Shown one piece after another: positions 37,434 to 51,118 of a DNA stretch of 64,000 bases (the stretch's first letter is position 1; every line of letters begins with the position of its first letter). Origin of the DNA: Gammaproteobacteria bacterium (lineage in GTDB: Bacteria > Pseudomonadota > Gammaproteobacteria > Xanthomonadales > Wenzhouxiangellaceae). The notes beneath the pieces were generated by a model. That model saw only the letters and a program-made list of their open reading frames with translations, had not been told where the DNA came from and made no database searches. The stretch spans positions 1,503 to 65,502 of the forward strand of contig PWYW01000035.1 of the NCBI GenBank assembly GCA_003567685.1, given 5' to 3'. A program made the translations under genes and the position numbers.

Positions 37434-37843
37434 TGAGCAAGGAAGAGTCCCGAAAGTTGGTTGAGGACCTGATGATCACCAAGGTGATCTCGGTCTCCTG
37501 CATGGCCACGTTGCGCGAGGCCATGGCGCTGATGCGCAAGCACAGGGTCAAATCGCTGGTGGTCGACAAGCGCCATGAAGGCGATGCCTATGGCATTCTC
37601 ACCTACACCGCCATCCTGCGCAGCATCATAGAAGAAGAAGGCGATATCGACCTGGTCAACGTCTACGACATCGCCACCCGCCCTGCTTTGGCGGTACCGC
37701 CCTCGCTGGAGGTTCGCCATGCCGTCAGTCTGATGCTGAATTTTGACCTCAAGCGCCTGCTGGTAACGACCAACAACGAACTTCAGGGCATCCTGACGAT
37801 GAACGATATCGTCGGCGCCATCCTCGAGAAACTCGACGACTGA
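37433..37843 (+). CDS. CBS-pair (Bateman) domain protein
   Basis: 136 aa with two CBS repeats (LMITKVISVSCMATLREAMALMRKHRVKSLVV and ...ALAVPPSLEVRHAVSLMLNFDLKRLLVTTNNELQGILTMNDIV). The start overlaps the P-II stop by 1 nt (TGATG). Confidence 0.85.
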   Translation: MSKEESRKLVEDLMITKVISVSCMATLREAMALMRKHRVKSLVVDKRHEGDAYGILTYTAILRSIIEEEGDIDLVNVYDIATRPALAVPPSLEVRHAVSLMLNFDLKRLLVTTNNELQGILTMNDIVGAILEKLDD

Positions 37844-37848
37844 TTCAT

Positions 37849-37870
37849 CGGCCGCCCGTTCAGGCGGCCG
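37849..37870. terminator. GC-rich hairpin between the convergent CBS gene and eno
   Basis: CGGCCGCC-cgttca-GGCGGCCG, a perfect 8-bp stem. There is no clear U-tract. Confidence 0.5.
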
Positions 37871-37878
37871 GTGAATCG

Positions 37879-42572
<4,694 letters not shown>

Positions 42573-42576
<4 letters not shown>

Positions 42577-43526
42577 CGAGACTCGCCCCGGTCCAGGACC
42601 TCGATCAGCGTGCGCATGTCGGCAGGCAACGTCGCTTCGGCCTCGATCGGGTCGCCACCGCCCGGCAGTGGCACCTGGATACGGCAGGCATGGAGAGCCT
42701 GGCGAGGAAACTGCTGCCAGGCCGCTCGCTGGACATCACTGAGCCCGGCCGGCGCGCCACGGCGACCGTACATCGGGTCGCCCAGAATCGGAAAGCCAGC
42801 ATGCGCCATGTGCACGCGAATCTGGTGCGTGCGGCCGGTTTCAAGCTGCACGTCCAGCAGCGTAGCACCTTGCAAGCGTTTCGCTACCCGGTAGTGGGTC
42901 ACCGCCTGGCGCCCATCGGGCCGCACAATCTGCTTGCGCCGGTCGACCGGATGCCGACCCAACGGCTGGTCAATGGTGCCGCCAGCAATCAACTCTCCCC
43001 ACACCGCAGCCCGGTAGTGGCGCTTGATCAGACGCTTTTTCATTGCCGCTACCAGGAAACGATGGCTGCCCGTGGTGCGGGCAATCACCAGGCAGCCGCT
43101 GGTGTCCTTGTCCAGCCGGTGGACCAGCCCCGCCCTCGGCAAGGCGGCCAGGTTGGCGTCGAAATGCAACAGGGCATTGACCAGGGTGCCGTCCGGATTT
43201 CCCGAACCCGGGTGCACAACCAGGCCCGGGGGCTTGTTGACAATCAACAGTTCGGGGTGATCAATCAGCAGCTCCAGCGCGATCGGCTGCGGCCGGGGCG
43301 TATCGGGCCGGTCAGCCAGCTCGGCCTCAAGCGTCACTTCATCGCCGGGGCTGACGGCGTGACGCGGCTTGACTCTCTCACCATTGACCCGGACGTCGCC
43401 GGAGCGAATCCAGTCGGCCAGCCGGCTGCGGGAAAAGTCTTCCCAATGCTCGGCCAGCAATTGGTCGAGCCGTCGTCCCTGGTCGGCAAAATCCACCCGC
43501 AGGGCTTGGGATACGATTCGCGTCAT
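42573..43526 (-). CDS. rluD: 23S rRNA pseudouridine(1911/1915/1917) synthase
   Basis: S4 domain (RLDQLLAEHW...SRSRLADWIRSGDVRVNG), catalytic HRLDKDTSGCLV, and GRTHQIRVHMA. Confidence 0.93.
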
Positions 43527-43613
43527 TTAACGCCCTTTTACTTCGCAATCTGGCATCATGGCGGCTTCAATGGCTGGCAGGTCCAGCCTCATGTCTTTAT
43601 CATTTCGTTCATT

Positions 43614-44429
43614 ATGCAGAATTCACTCCCACTACAAGCGGTCTACCGCCTAATCGCCCTTTGCCTGATTGCGCTGAGCCTCAGCCTGGCGACTGGCTGC
43701 AACCGCGAGACGCGCGAAGATGATCGCGACGCGGAAACGCTCTATGCCGAGGCCCAACAGGCGCTGAACAACCGCAATTTCGAACAGGCCATTCGGCTGT
43801 ATCGAAACCTGACGACACGATTCCCCTTCGGCCGGCACGCGGAACAAGCCCAACTGGACATGGCTTACGCCTACCATCGGGCGCGCCAGCCCGAGCAGGC
43901 GCTGACCACGCTGGACCGCTTCATTCGTACCTACCCGACGCATCCGAACGTGGACTACGCCTGGTACCTCAAGGGTCTGGTGCATTACGACCAGGCCATG
44001 GGCAGTCTTCGGCGAATTTTTCCCGGCCAGATCGTCGATCGGGACCAGGACAGCGCTCGGCGAGCCTTCAATGATTTCCAGGAGCTTACCCGTCGTTATC
44101 CGGAAAGCCGTTACGTCGGCGACGCCCGCCAGCGCATGGTGTTCCTGCGCAACGTGATGGCCGAACACGAGATCGTCATTGGCGAGTACTACTTCCGCCG
44201 CTCGGCCTATGTGGCGGCCATCAACCGGGCCCGCTTCGTGATCGAGAACTATCCCAACGCGCCGGCCAACGTCGACGCACTCGACCTGCTTGAACGCAGC
44301 TTCGCCCGACTTGGCCTCGACGAACTGGCGGTCGACACCCGTGAAGTGCTCGAATACAACTTTGCCGACCTGGCCAACCGGCCGCCCGAACGCCGCAGCC
44401 TGTGGCAGCGCCTGTGGCCATTTGACTGA
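43614..44429 (+). CDS. bamD: Outer membrane protein assembly factor BamD (lipoprotein, TPR)
   Basis: Lipobox LSLATGC, then AETLYAEAQQALNNRNFEQAIRLYRNLTTRFPFGRHAEQAQLDMAYAY. The gene is divergent from rluD. The 579-aa track ORF is extended antisense into rluD. Confidence 0.9.
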   Translation: MQNSLPLQAVYRLIALCLIALSLSLATGCNRETREDDRDAETLYAEAQQALNNRNFEQAIRLYRNLTTRFPFGRHAEQAQLDMAYAYHRARQPEQALTTLDRFIRTYPTHPNVDYAWYLKGLVHYDQAMGSLRRIFPGQIVDRDQDSARRAFNDFQELTRRYPESRYVGDARQRMVFLRNVMAEHEIVIGEYYFRRSAYVAAINRARFVIENYPNAPANVDALDLLERSFARLGLDELAVDTREVLEYNFADLANRPPERRSLWQRLWPFD

Positions 44430-44437
44430 GTCGCGCG

Positions 44438-45331
44438 GTGGACTCCGCCGACTGGGCTGATCGCTGCGGCTCGCTGATCGAGCGCGCCAACCGCGAGCTT
44501 GAGTCCATTCTCGGCGAAGCCGGCGATGACCGGCTGCGCCAGGCCATGAACTACGTCGTCTTCAACGGCGGCAAGCGTTTAAGGCCGCTACTGGTCTACG
44601 CCAGCGGCGAGGCCCTCAACATTCCCATCGAACAGCTCGATGCGCCCGCCTGCGCGGTGGAGCTCATTCACTGCTACTCGCTGGTTCACGATGACCTGCC
44701 GGCCATGGACGATGACGACCTGCGCCGCGGTCAGCCCACTGCCCACCTGGCGTTTGACGAAGCCACTGCCATTCTGGCCGGTGATGCCCTGCAGGCGCTG
44801 GCTTTTGAGGCACTGGCCACGGCACCCGCCCTGAAACAGTGCCCGGTCGCGGCCGTCGCCATGCTGGCCGATCTGACCCAGGCCTGCGGTGCCTCCGGCA
44901 TGGCCGGCGGCCAGGCGCTGGATCTTCAAATGGAAGGCACCCGTCCCAACCGGGCGGCTGTTGAACACATGCTGGCCCTCAAGACCGGCGCCCTCATTCA
45001 GGCTGCCGTGGCAATGCCCTGGCGGCTGGCAGCCAAGTCCGACCCCGCAGTGCGCGACCACCTGGCCCGCTTTGCCGATGCCGTCGGCCTAGCCTTCCAG
45101 ATTCGTGACGACTTGCTGGACATTGAAGGTGACCCGGAGATCACCGGCAAGGCCAGCGGTGCCGACCTGGCCCACGACAAGGCCAGCTGGCCGGCCCTGT
45201 TTGGCGTCGAGCCCGCTCGCCAGCGCATCGAAGAACTGGCGCTTGAGGCCTCGGATAGTCTGCGCCGGGTGCCCGGCAACACCGAGGGCTTGCTTTGGCT
45301 GGCCAAACGCCTGATCCGTCGAACCGCCTGA
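44438..45331 (+). CDS. ispA: (2E,6E)-farnesyl diphosphate synthase (polyprenyl synthetase family)
   Basis: GTG start. FARM LVHDDLPAMDDDDLRRG and SARM FQIRDDLLD motifs. Confidence 0.9.
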   Translation: MDSADWADRCGSLIERANRELESILGEAGDDRLRQAMNYVVFNGGKRLRPLLVYASGEALNIPIEQLDAPACAVELIHCYSLVHDDLPAMDDDDLRRGQPTAHLAFDEATAILAGDALQALAFEALATAPALKQCPVAAVAMLADLTQACGASGMAGGQALDLQMEGTRPNRAAVEHMLALKTGALIQAAVAMPWRLAAKSDPAVRDHLARFADAVGLAFQIRDDLLDIEGDPEITGKASGADLAHDKASWPALFGVEPARQRIEELALEASDSLRRVPGNTEGLLWLAKRLIRRTA

Positions 45332-45456
45332 GTTGAGGAACAATTTCAACTTAAACCCCGAAGCGCTTGGCATTCTGCGCGGCTCAACGGCTATACTCAG
45401 CCTGTGATCCGGTTCGCATGATCGCACTAAATTTGCCTAATAGGGACACGCTACCA

Positions 45457-46140
45457 ATGATCAAGACCACCAAGTTTTTGCCAGTTTGCCTGGCCATGGG
45501 ACTCTCGCTTTTTCTTTCACCGTCGGTACTGGCACAGTTTGATGGCGATTACAGCATTGCCAACTGGACGGAGATTCAGTCCGGGTTCCCCCCGGCTGGT
45601 GGCGGAGAAGTCGACACTTCCGGGGCACCCGCATCCATCCTCCTGCAGGGTGGCGACGATAGCTGCGATATTTTAAACGGTCCTCAGTTCGATGGCCTGA
45701 GCCGCGCAGAACGCATCCAGCAAGCACGGTTTCTTGATGATGGCTGCCTGCTTGTCTTTACCGCGGAAATCACCGGAACCGGAACGCTTGGTTTCCGTTG
45801 GGATTATGAAACCGAGGACGTGGATGGTCCGGAATTCGACGTTTTCGGATACGTCCTGAACGGTGAATTGACCCAGTTGAGCGACGATGGAGGGGCAGAT
45901 ATTCAATCGGACATCACTACCGTGAGTGTTACCCAAGGCGATGATTTTGGCTTTTACATCGATTGCACGGACTGCGAAGAGGGAGCTGCCAGTGTCGTCA
46001 TCAGCGAGTTCTCGGCGCCGGGAGCGCCGACATCGCAACCATCAGCCGTCAGCGTCCCCGTCAACTCACCGACCGCGCTGATTCTCCTCACCATGCTGCT
46101 GATCGCACTCGGACTCGCCGCCATTCGAGCCGGCCGGTAA
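45457..46140 (+). CDS. Secreted protein with a C-terminal PEP-CTERM / IPTL-CTERM-like sorting tag
   Basis: Signal peptide MIKTTKFLPVCLAMGLSLFLSPSVLA. The C-terminus VPVNSPTALILLTMLLIALGLAAIRAGR* reads as short motif + TM helix + basic tail. Confidence 0.6.
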   Translation: MIKTTKFLPVCLAMGLSLFLSPSVLAQFDGDYSIANWTEIQSGFPPAGGGEVDTSGAPASILLQGGDDSCDILNGPQFDGLSRAERIQQARFLDDGCLLVFTAEITGTGTLGFRWDYETEDVDGPEFDVFGYVLNGELTQLSDDGGADIQSDITTVSVTQGDDFGFYIDCTDCEEGAASVVISEFSAPGAPTSQPSAVSVPVNSPTALILLTMLLIALGLAAIRAGR

Positions 46141-46154
46141 CGCCGCATCGGGAA

Positions 46155-46186
46155 GCCGACACGACGTCGTCTGGCGTCGTGTCGGC
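46155..46186. terminator. Perfect 12-bp hairpin between convergent genes
   Basis: GCCGACACGACG-tcgtctgg-CGTCGTGTCGGC. There is no U-tract, so it is a possible bidirectional terminator or RNA stabiliser. Confidence 0.5.
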
Positions 46187-46231
46187 ATTCCAGCCGGCAG
46201 TTCAACCCTTCCCGGCAACAATTCTTCCCAC

Positions 46232-46909
46232 TTATGCGTAGCGCGTCGGGTCGGCCACGCCGGCTTGCTCAAAGCCCTGGCGACGCAGGCGGCAGGAATC
46301 ACACACCCCGCAGGCACGTCCCTGCTCATCGGCCTGGTAACAGGACACCGTCATCGAATAATCCACGCCCAGGGCGATGCCGCGCTGGATGATCTGGGCC
46401 TTGGTCAGGTCAATCAGCGGGGTATGGATATTGAATCGCGCCCCCTCGACACCGGCCTTGGTGGCCAGGTTGCACAACGACTGAAAACTCTCGATAAACG
46501 CCGGACGACAGTCCGGGTAGCCGGAATAATCCACGGCGTTGACGCCAATGAACAAGTCTTGGGCCGCGAGCACTTCAGCCATGCCGAGGGCCAGACTCAG
46601 CATCAGCGTGTTGCGGGCCGGCACGTAAGTCACCGGGATGCCTTCGCCGGGCTCGACCGGCACGTCGATATCGTCGGTCAGTGCCGAACCGCCGATGGTA
46701 CGAAGATCAACCGACACCACCCGGTGTGATTTAGCGCCCAGTGCCTGGCTGACCAACTCGGAGGCCTGCAGTTCGGAACGGTGTCGCTGGCCGTAATCCA
46801 CCGCCAGGGTATGCGCCTGGAAGCCGGCAGCCACGGCCTCGGCCAGTACGGTGGCCGAATCCAGCCCGCCCGAAAGCAGGACAACGGCAGAACGCTCAGT
46901 CATCGTCAA
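46232..46909 (-). CDS. queC: 7-cyano-7-deazaguanine synthase
   Basis: [13 protein letters not shown] (PP-loop) and the C-terminal Zn cluster SCYQ...[13 protein letters not shown]. Confidence 0.95.
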   Translation of the reverse strand: MTMTERSAVVLLSGGLDSATVLAEAVAAGFQAHTLAVDYGQRHRSELQASELVSQALGAKSHRVVSVDLRTIGGSALTDDIDVPVEPGEGIPVTYVPARNTLMLSLALGMAEVLAAQDLFIGVNAVDYSGYPDCRPAFIESFQSLCNLATKAGVEGARFNIHTPLIDLTKAQIIQRGIALGVDYSMTVSCYQADEQGRACGVCDSCRLRRQGFEQAGVADPTRYA

Positions 46910-46925
46910 ATCCTTTTCAATGGAA

Positions 46926-47825
46926 TCAAAGCCCGCGCGCCCATTCAGGACGCAGCCGGGCCTGCTCGGGCTGCTCGATGGCCTGGGTCAGACGACCCAT
47001 CAGCTCGGTCTTGTCACGGCCAAGCCGGCCTTTCAGCGGCAACCAGTTCGAGGCGTGGTCGGAACGAAACTCGGTGGCTTCCAGCTCCAGCCCATCGATC
47101 AGGCGCGCCAGTTCGACGAACAGACCGTTTTGATCGAGCGGTTCATAATCCGGGTAATCCGCGCGGAAACGTTCCTCGCCGAGCGGAAAACTCACCACCA
47201 GGGTGGACAGGAACTCCGGCTGGGTCAGGTTGGCCAGGCGCGCCGAGTTGTCGGCATGACGCTCGGAATGCTGGCGGCCACCCAGGCCATTCAGGATCAT
47301 GATGGAGCGGGTAATGCCGGCCTCGCCCAGCTTGTCCAGCGCATTGCGCGTCGAATCGAAACTCTCGCCCTTGTTGACGCGCTTGAGCACCAGGTCGTCA
47401 CCGGATTCGGCCCCGACATAGGCCATGGTCAAACCCAGATCGGCCAGAGCGCGAAGCTCCGCTGCCGACTTGCGCTTCAGGTTGCGCGGCAGGCAGTAGC
47501 TGGCCACCCGCTCCAGGCGCGGAAAATGCGCCCGAAGCGCTTCCAGAATGCGCTCGAGCCGGTGAGTGGGCAGCACCAGGGCATCACCATCGGCCAGGAA
47601 CGCCCGGCGAACCTGGTCGCCCAGCATTGCCCCGGCCCGCTCGATCGAAGCCATCACCTCGGCCTCGTCGCGGGCACGGAATTTCTTCTGCGGCGCGGTG
47701 TACATCTCGCAGAAGGTGCAACGGTTCCACGAGCAACCGTCGGTCACCGGCAAAATCAACGACCGCGCCTCGCTCGGCGGCCGAAACACCGGCTCGACAT
47801 AGCGAATCGGAAACTCCTGGTTCAT
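46926..47825 (-). CDS. Radical SAM superfamily protein, function unknown (non-canonical Cx4Cx2C cluster motif)
   Basis: [20 protein letters not shown] was verified by my own translation of 47701-47760. GAESGDD and a TIM-barrel-like pattern are present. There are only 4 Cys in total, so no SPASM/twitch cluster. Confidence 0.8.
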   Translation of the reverse strand: MNQEFPIRYVEPVFRPPSEARSLILPVTDGCSWNRCTFCEMYTAPQKKFRARDEAEVMASIERAGAMLGDQVRRAFLADGDALVLPTHRLERILEALRAHFPRLERVASYCLPRNLKRKSAAELRALADLGLTMAYVGAESGDDLVLKRVNKGESFDSTRNALDKLGEAGITRSIMILNGLGGRQHSERHADNSARLANLTQPEFLSTLVVSFPLGEERFRADYPDYEPLDQNGLFVELARLIDGLELEATEFRSDHASNWLPLKGRLGRDKTELMGRLTQAIEQPEQARLRPEWARGL

Positions 47826-47918
47826 CGAACAGATTCCTTTCGGCTCGGCCTCTTATTATCGCAAATTCAAGGACGCTGACCGTTCGCGATGGCATGAAAC
47901 CGGCAATGAACTACTCAG

Positions 47919-50354
47919 TCAATCCTCCCGAAGCCAGCGGCCGGGTTGGGTGCGGGCGGCGCGCAGAGCGGGTTGCAGGCTGGCAATGAGCATCAGGATC
48001 GCAAGGCACAGTACCGTGATGCCGGCGATGGCCAGGGCAGGTACCGACCGGCTGATCAGGTCTTCGCTAAGCCAGAGCACCAGTATCAGCCCCAGCAAAC
48101 CGCCGATGAACAGGCCAGGCAGGCCACTTGTCAGAGCGCGCCGCAAAACCAGCCGTCGCACCTCGGCAGGGCCGGCACCCAGGGCCATGCGGATGGCCGT
48201 TTCCCGCTGGCCGCTGTCGACCAGGAAACGCTGCATGGCGAAAAACCCAAAGCCGGCCAGCAGAACGATAACGCCACCGAACAAGGCCGTGATGCCGGCC
48301 CGCGCCCGGTCCATGCGGGTCAGTTCGTCGATCTGTTCCGACACCGGGCGCACGCCAGCAACATACAAGCTGTCCATGTAGCTTTCCAGAAGCGGCTCCA
48401 CCCGTGATCGCAGAGCATCGGGGTCGACATCGCCCCTCACCACGATGCTGGCCAGGAAGCCCATGAACCCCTGGGCATTGCTGAAGACCATTGGGCGGGG
48501 CGCTTCATCGGGATGATCGAAGATGACGTTGTCAACCACGCCGATGATGCGGCCCCGGTCCAGGCCGTCGCCGGCCTCATCGCGCTGGATAAAACGTCCG
48601 ACCACGTCGGTTTCGCCCCAAACCGTCTCGGCGTACTGGCGATTGACCAGTACGCCGGCCTCGTCGTCGTCTTCAAGGTCGCGGCCGTGAAGCAGCGAAA
48701 TCCGAAGCGTCTCGAGCGCACCAGGCGACAGGTTGATGATGCGGGCCTGGACCTCCACCTCGTCGACAACCGAGCGGGTAACCGCAAACGACTGCTCGCC
48801 GGGCAGGGGCGTCATGAACCCAATCGACTCTACGCCGGGGAGACCGCCCAGACTGGCGCGCACTTCGCCGCGAAACGGTGCAACATCCTCGAAGTTCATC
48901 GCCATTCGCATGCCGGGCCGCCGCTCGATGCTGATCTGCACCTGGGTAACCCCCTCAACATCGAGCCCCAGTTCACGGCTTTCCATCAACCAAAGGTGCA
49001 CGACAAAACCCAGCGCCACGGCACCCACAGCGCCGGCCAGGCTCAATTGAACCAGGCTGGCGGCCTGCTGGAACCGGCCAGGACGAGCGCTGCTATGGCG
49101 CGCATCCTGGCCGAGCCGGCCGCGCCGGATCATCGCCATGGGTACCAGGGCCACCAGCACGGTCATCAGGGCCGCCAGCCCAGCGGCAAACGCCAGGGCC
49201 GGCAGGTTCAGGGGCTGGCCGGAAAAACCGGCCCGCGCCAGGAAAGCCAACTCCTTGAAGGCGGCCGCCAGCCACAGGGCCCCCAGCAGCCCGGCCGCGG
49301 TTGCCGCCACGACCAGCATCGCCGCTTCGATGACCAGCTGCAAACCAAGCCGTCGCCGCCCGGCGCCCAGGGCCTGGCGCAGCGCAAGCTCTCGCCGTCG
49401 ACCGGGCGCGCGGGCGAGCAGGAAAATGCCCACGTTGAACGCCGCGACCACGGCGATCAGCAGGGTAGCAGCCAGCATCAGAGTGACCTGGCGAATGGCC
49501 GCTTCGTGTGCCAGCGGGTCATCGACAAGCCCGCGCAGGAAAAACAGCTCGTCGCCGGAAACCGGACGCCCGAACATCCCCTGGTCGGGCAGGTCGCCCA
49601 CTAGTCGGCGAAACTCCCGCGTCACCGCTTCCAGGCCGACGTCGCGGCGCGCACGGAACACCGGAGTATAGAACGGCGCGTTGTCGAGAAGCTCGGGCGG
49701 CATTTCGGATTGGAACTGCCGGTCACTGGCGCCGTGGGGGACCCACATCAGCGGCGAAAAGCTTCTCGCGCCGCGAAAGTCGGGATGGGCAACACCAACG
49801 ATTCGCCAGTCACTTTCGTCGAGACGAAATTCTCGCCCGATGACGGCCGGGTCGCCGCCGAAAAAGTCCTGCCAGAAAGCGTGGCTTAGGACCGCTACCC
49901 GTGCGCCCTCGCCCGCATGGTCGTCATCATTCAGCGCACGGCCCAGCTTGAGCATGGGCCGCAGCGTTTCGAAAAAACCCGGCAGCACCGATTGCAGCGT
50001 GCCTTCAACCGGCCGACCATCGATCTCGCTGCCGTCCAGCTGCTGATACAGCCGCGCCCCGCTCATCGACTCAAGCGTCTGACTGGATTCCGCCAGCTGC
50101 CGGATAGCCGCCGCGCTGTAGTTGGCAAAGGGGATTTCGCCGTGGCGGCCGAGGGTAAGCAAACCACGGTCATCGCTGATGCCAGGAGCCGCGCGCAGGT
50201 GCAAATCCGACCAAAGCCCGGCCATGGTGCTGACCAGGGCCATGGCGGTGGCCAGCGCCAATACAGCCAGCAGACTTTGCCAGGGCGTTTTCAGGTACAG
50301 GCGACCGGCGTGGCGAAGGTCGGCCAGGACGCCGCCGAGACCGACAGCCTTCAT
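47919..50354 (-). CDS. ABC transporter permease, duplicated MacB/FtsX-type (ADOP-like, 811 aa)
   Basis: The N-terminus LADLRHAGRLYLKTPWQSLLAVLALA is followed by a large periplasmic domain and 3 TM helices, and this arrangement occurs twice. There is a 4-nt overlap with the ATPase gene. Confidence 0.85.
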   Translation of the reverse strand: MKAVGLGGVLADLRHAGRLYLKTPWQSLLAVLALATAMALVSTMAGLWSDLHLRAAPGISDDRGLLTLGRHGEIPFANYSAAAIRQLAESSQTLESMSGARLYQQLDGSEIDGRPVEGTLQSVLPGFFETLRPMLKLGRALNDDDHAGEGARVAVLSHAFWQDFFGGDPAVIGREFRLDESDWRIVGVAHPDFRGARSFSPLMWVPHGASDRQFQSEMPPELLDNAPFYTPVFRARRDVGLEAVTREFRRLVGDLPDQGMFGRPVSGDELFFLRGLVDDPLAHEAAIRQVTLMLAATLLIAVVAAFNVGIFLLARAPGRRRELALRQALGAGRRRLGLQLVIEAAMLVVAATAAGLLGALWLAAAFKELAFLARAGFSGQPLNLPALAFAAGLAALMTVLVALVPMAMIRRGRLGQDARHSSARPGRFQQAASLVQLSLAGAVGAVALGFVVHLWLMESRELGLDVEGVTQVQISIERRPGMRMAMNFEDVAPFRGEVRASLGGLPGVESIGFMTPLPGEQSFAVTRSVVDEVEVQARIINLSPGALETLRISLLHGRDLEDDDEAGVLVNRQYAETVWGETDVVGRFIQRDEAGDGLDRGRIIGVVDNVIFDHPDEAPRPMVFSNAQGFMGFLASIVVRGDVDPDALRSRVEPLLESYMDSLYVAGVRPVSEQIDELTRMDRARAGITALFGGVIVLLAGFGFFAMQRFLVDSGQRETAIRMALGAGPAEVRRLVLRRALTSGLPGLFIGGLLGLILVLWLSEDLISRSVPALAIAGITVLCLAILMLIASLQPALRAARTQPGRWLRED

Positions 50355-51055
50355 GCCGTTTCACCGCCGTGATCGCGCTCAATGCGCCCATCGCGCAGGT
50401 GCAAGCGTCGGCTTGCCCGGGCGGCATAATCCGGGTTGTGGGTCACCATCACCAACGTGGCGCCGCCAGCATGCAGCTCTGACAACAAGTCCATGACCTG
50501 CTCGCCGGAATCGCTGTCGAGGTTCCCTGTAGGCTCGTCGGCCAGCAGCAACGACGGCTGTCCGACCAGGGCGCGCGCGATGGCGGCGCGCTGCTGCTGC
50601 CCGCCAGAAAGCTGGCCCGGGCGATGATCAGCACGCGGCAGCATGCCGACCCGCTCCAGCGCCGATTCAACCCGCTCTCGTCGTTCACCGGAACTCAGTC
50701 CACCCCGGTACAAAAGCGGCAGTTCGACGTTCTCGCGAACGCTCATTTCGGGAATCAGATTGAAGCTTTGGAAGATGAAGCCGATTTCGCGGTTGCGCAG
50801 CCGCGCCTGTTCCTCCCCGTCGATGTCCGTGGTCGGCACGCCGGCCAGGACGTATTCCCCGCTGCTCGGCTCGTCGAGCAGTCCAAGCACCGACAAAAGC
50901 GTCGACTTGCCGCAGCCTGACGGCCCCTCGATGGCGACGTATTCGCCGGGATTGATCTGCAGGTCGATGCCGGCCAGCGCGTGGGTTTCAAGCTGCTCGG
51001 TGGTGTAGATCCGGCGCAGCTCGCGCAGTTGAATCAGTGGGTTGTCGGCAGTCAT
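50351..51055 (-). CDS. ABC transporter ATP-binding protein (MacB/LolD-type)
   Basis: Walker A GPSGCGKST, Q-loop, signature LSGGQQQR, Walker B LLLADEPTGNLD, H-loop VTHN. Confidence 0.93.
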   Translation of the reverse strand: MTADNPLIQLRELRRIYTTEQLETHALAGIDLQINPGEYVAIEGPSGCGKSTLLSVLGLLDEPSSGEYVLAGVPTTDIDGEEQARLRNREIGFIFQSFNLIPEMSVRENVELPLLYRGGLSSGERRERVESALERVGMLPRADHRPGQLSGGQQQRAAIARALVGQPSLLLADEPTGNLDSDSGEQVMDLLSELHAGGATLVMVTHNPDYAARASRRLHLRDGRIERDHGGETA

Positions 51056-51118
51056 CGAGGCTCCTGGGATTGATGGTCTTGTTGCACGGGTCTTTTCGTC
51101 GGGGATTCCTGGAATATC

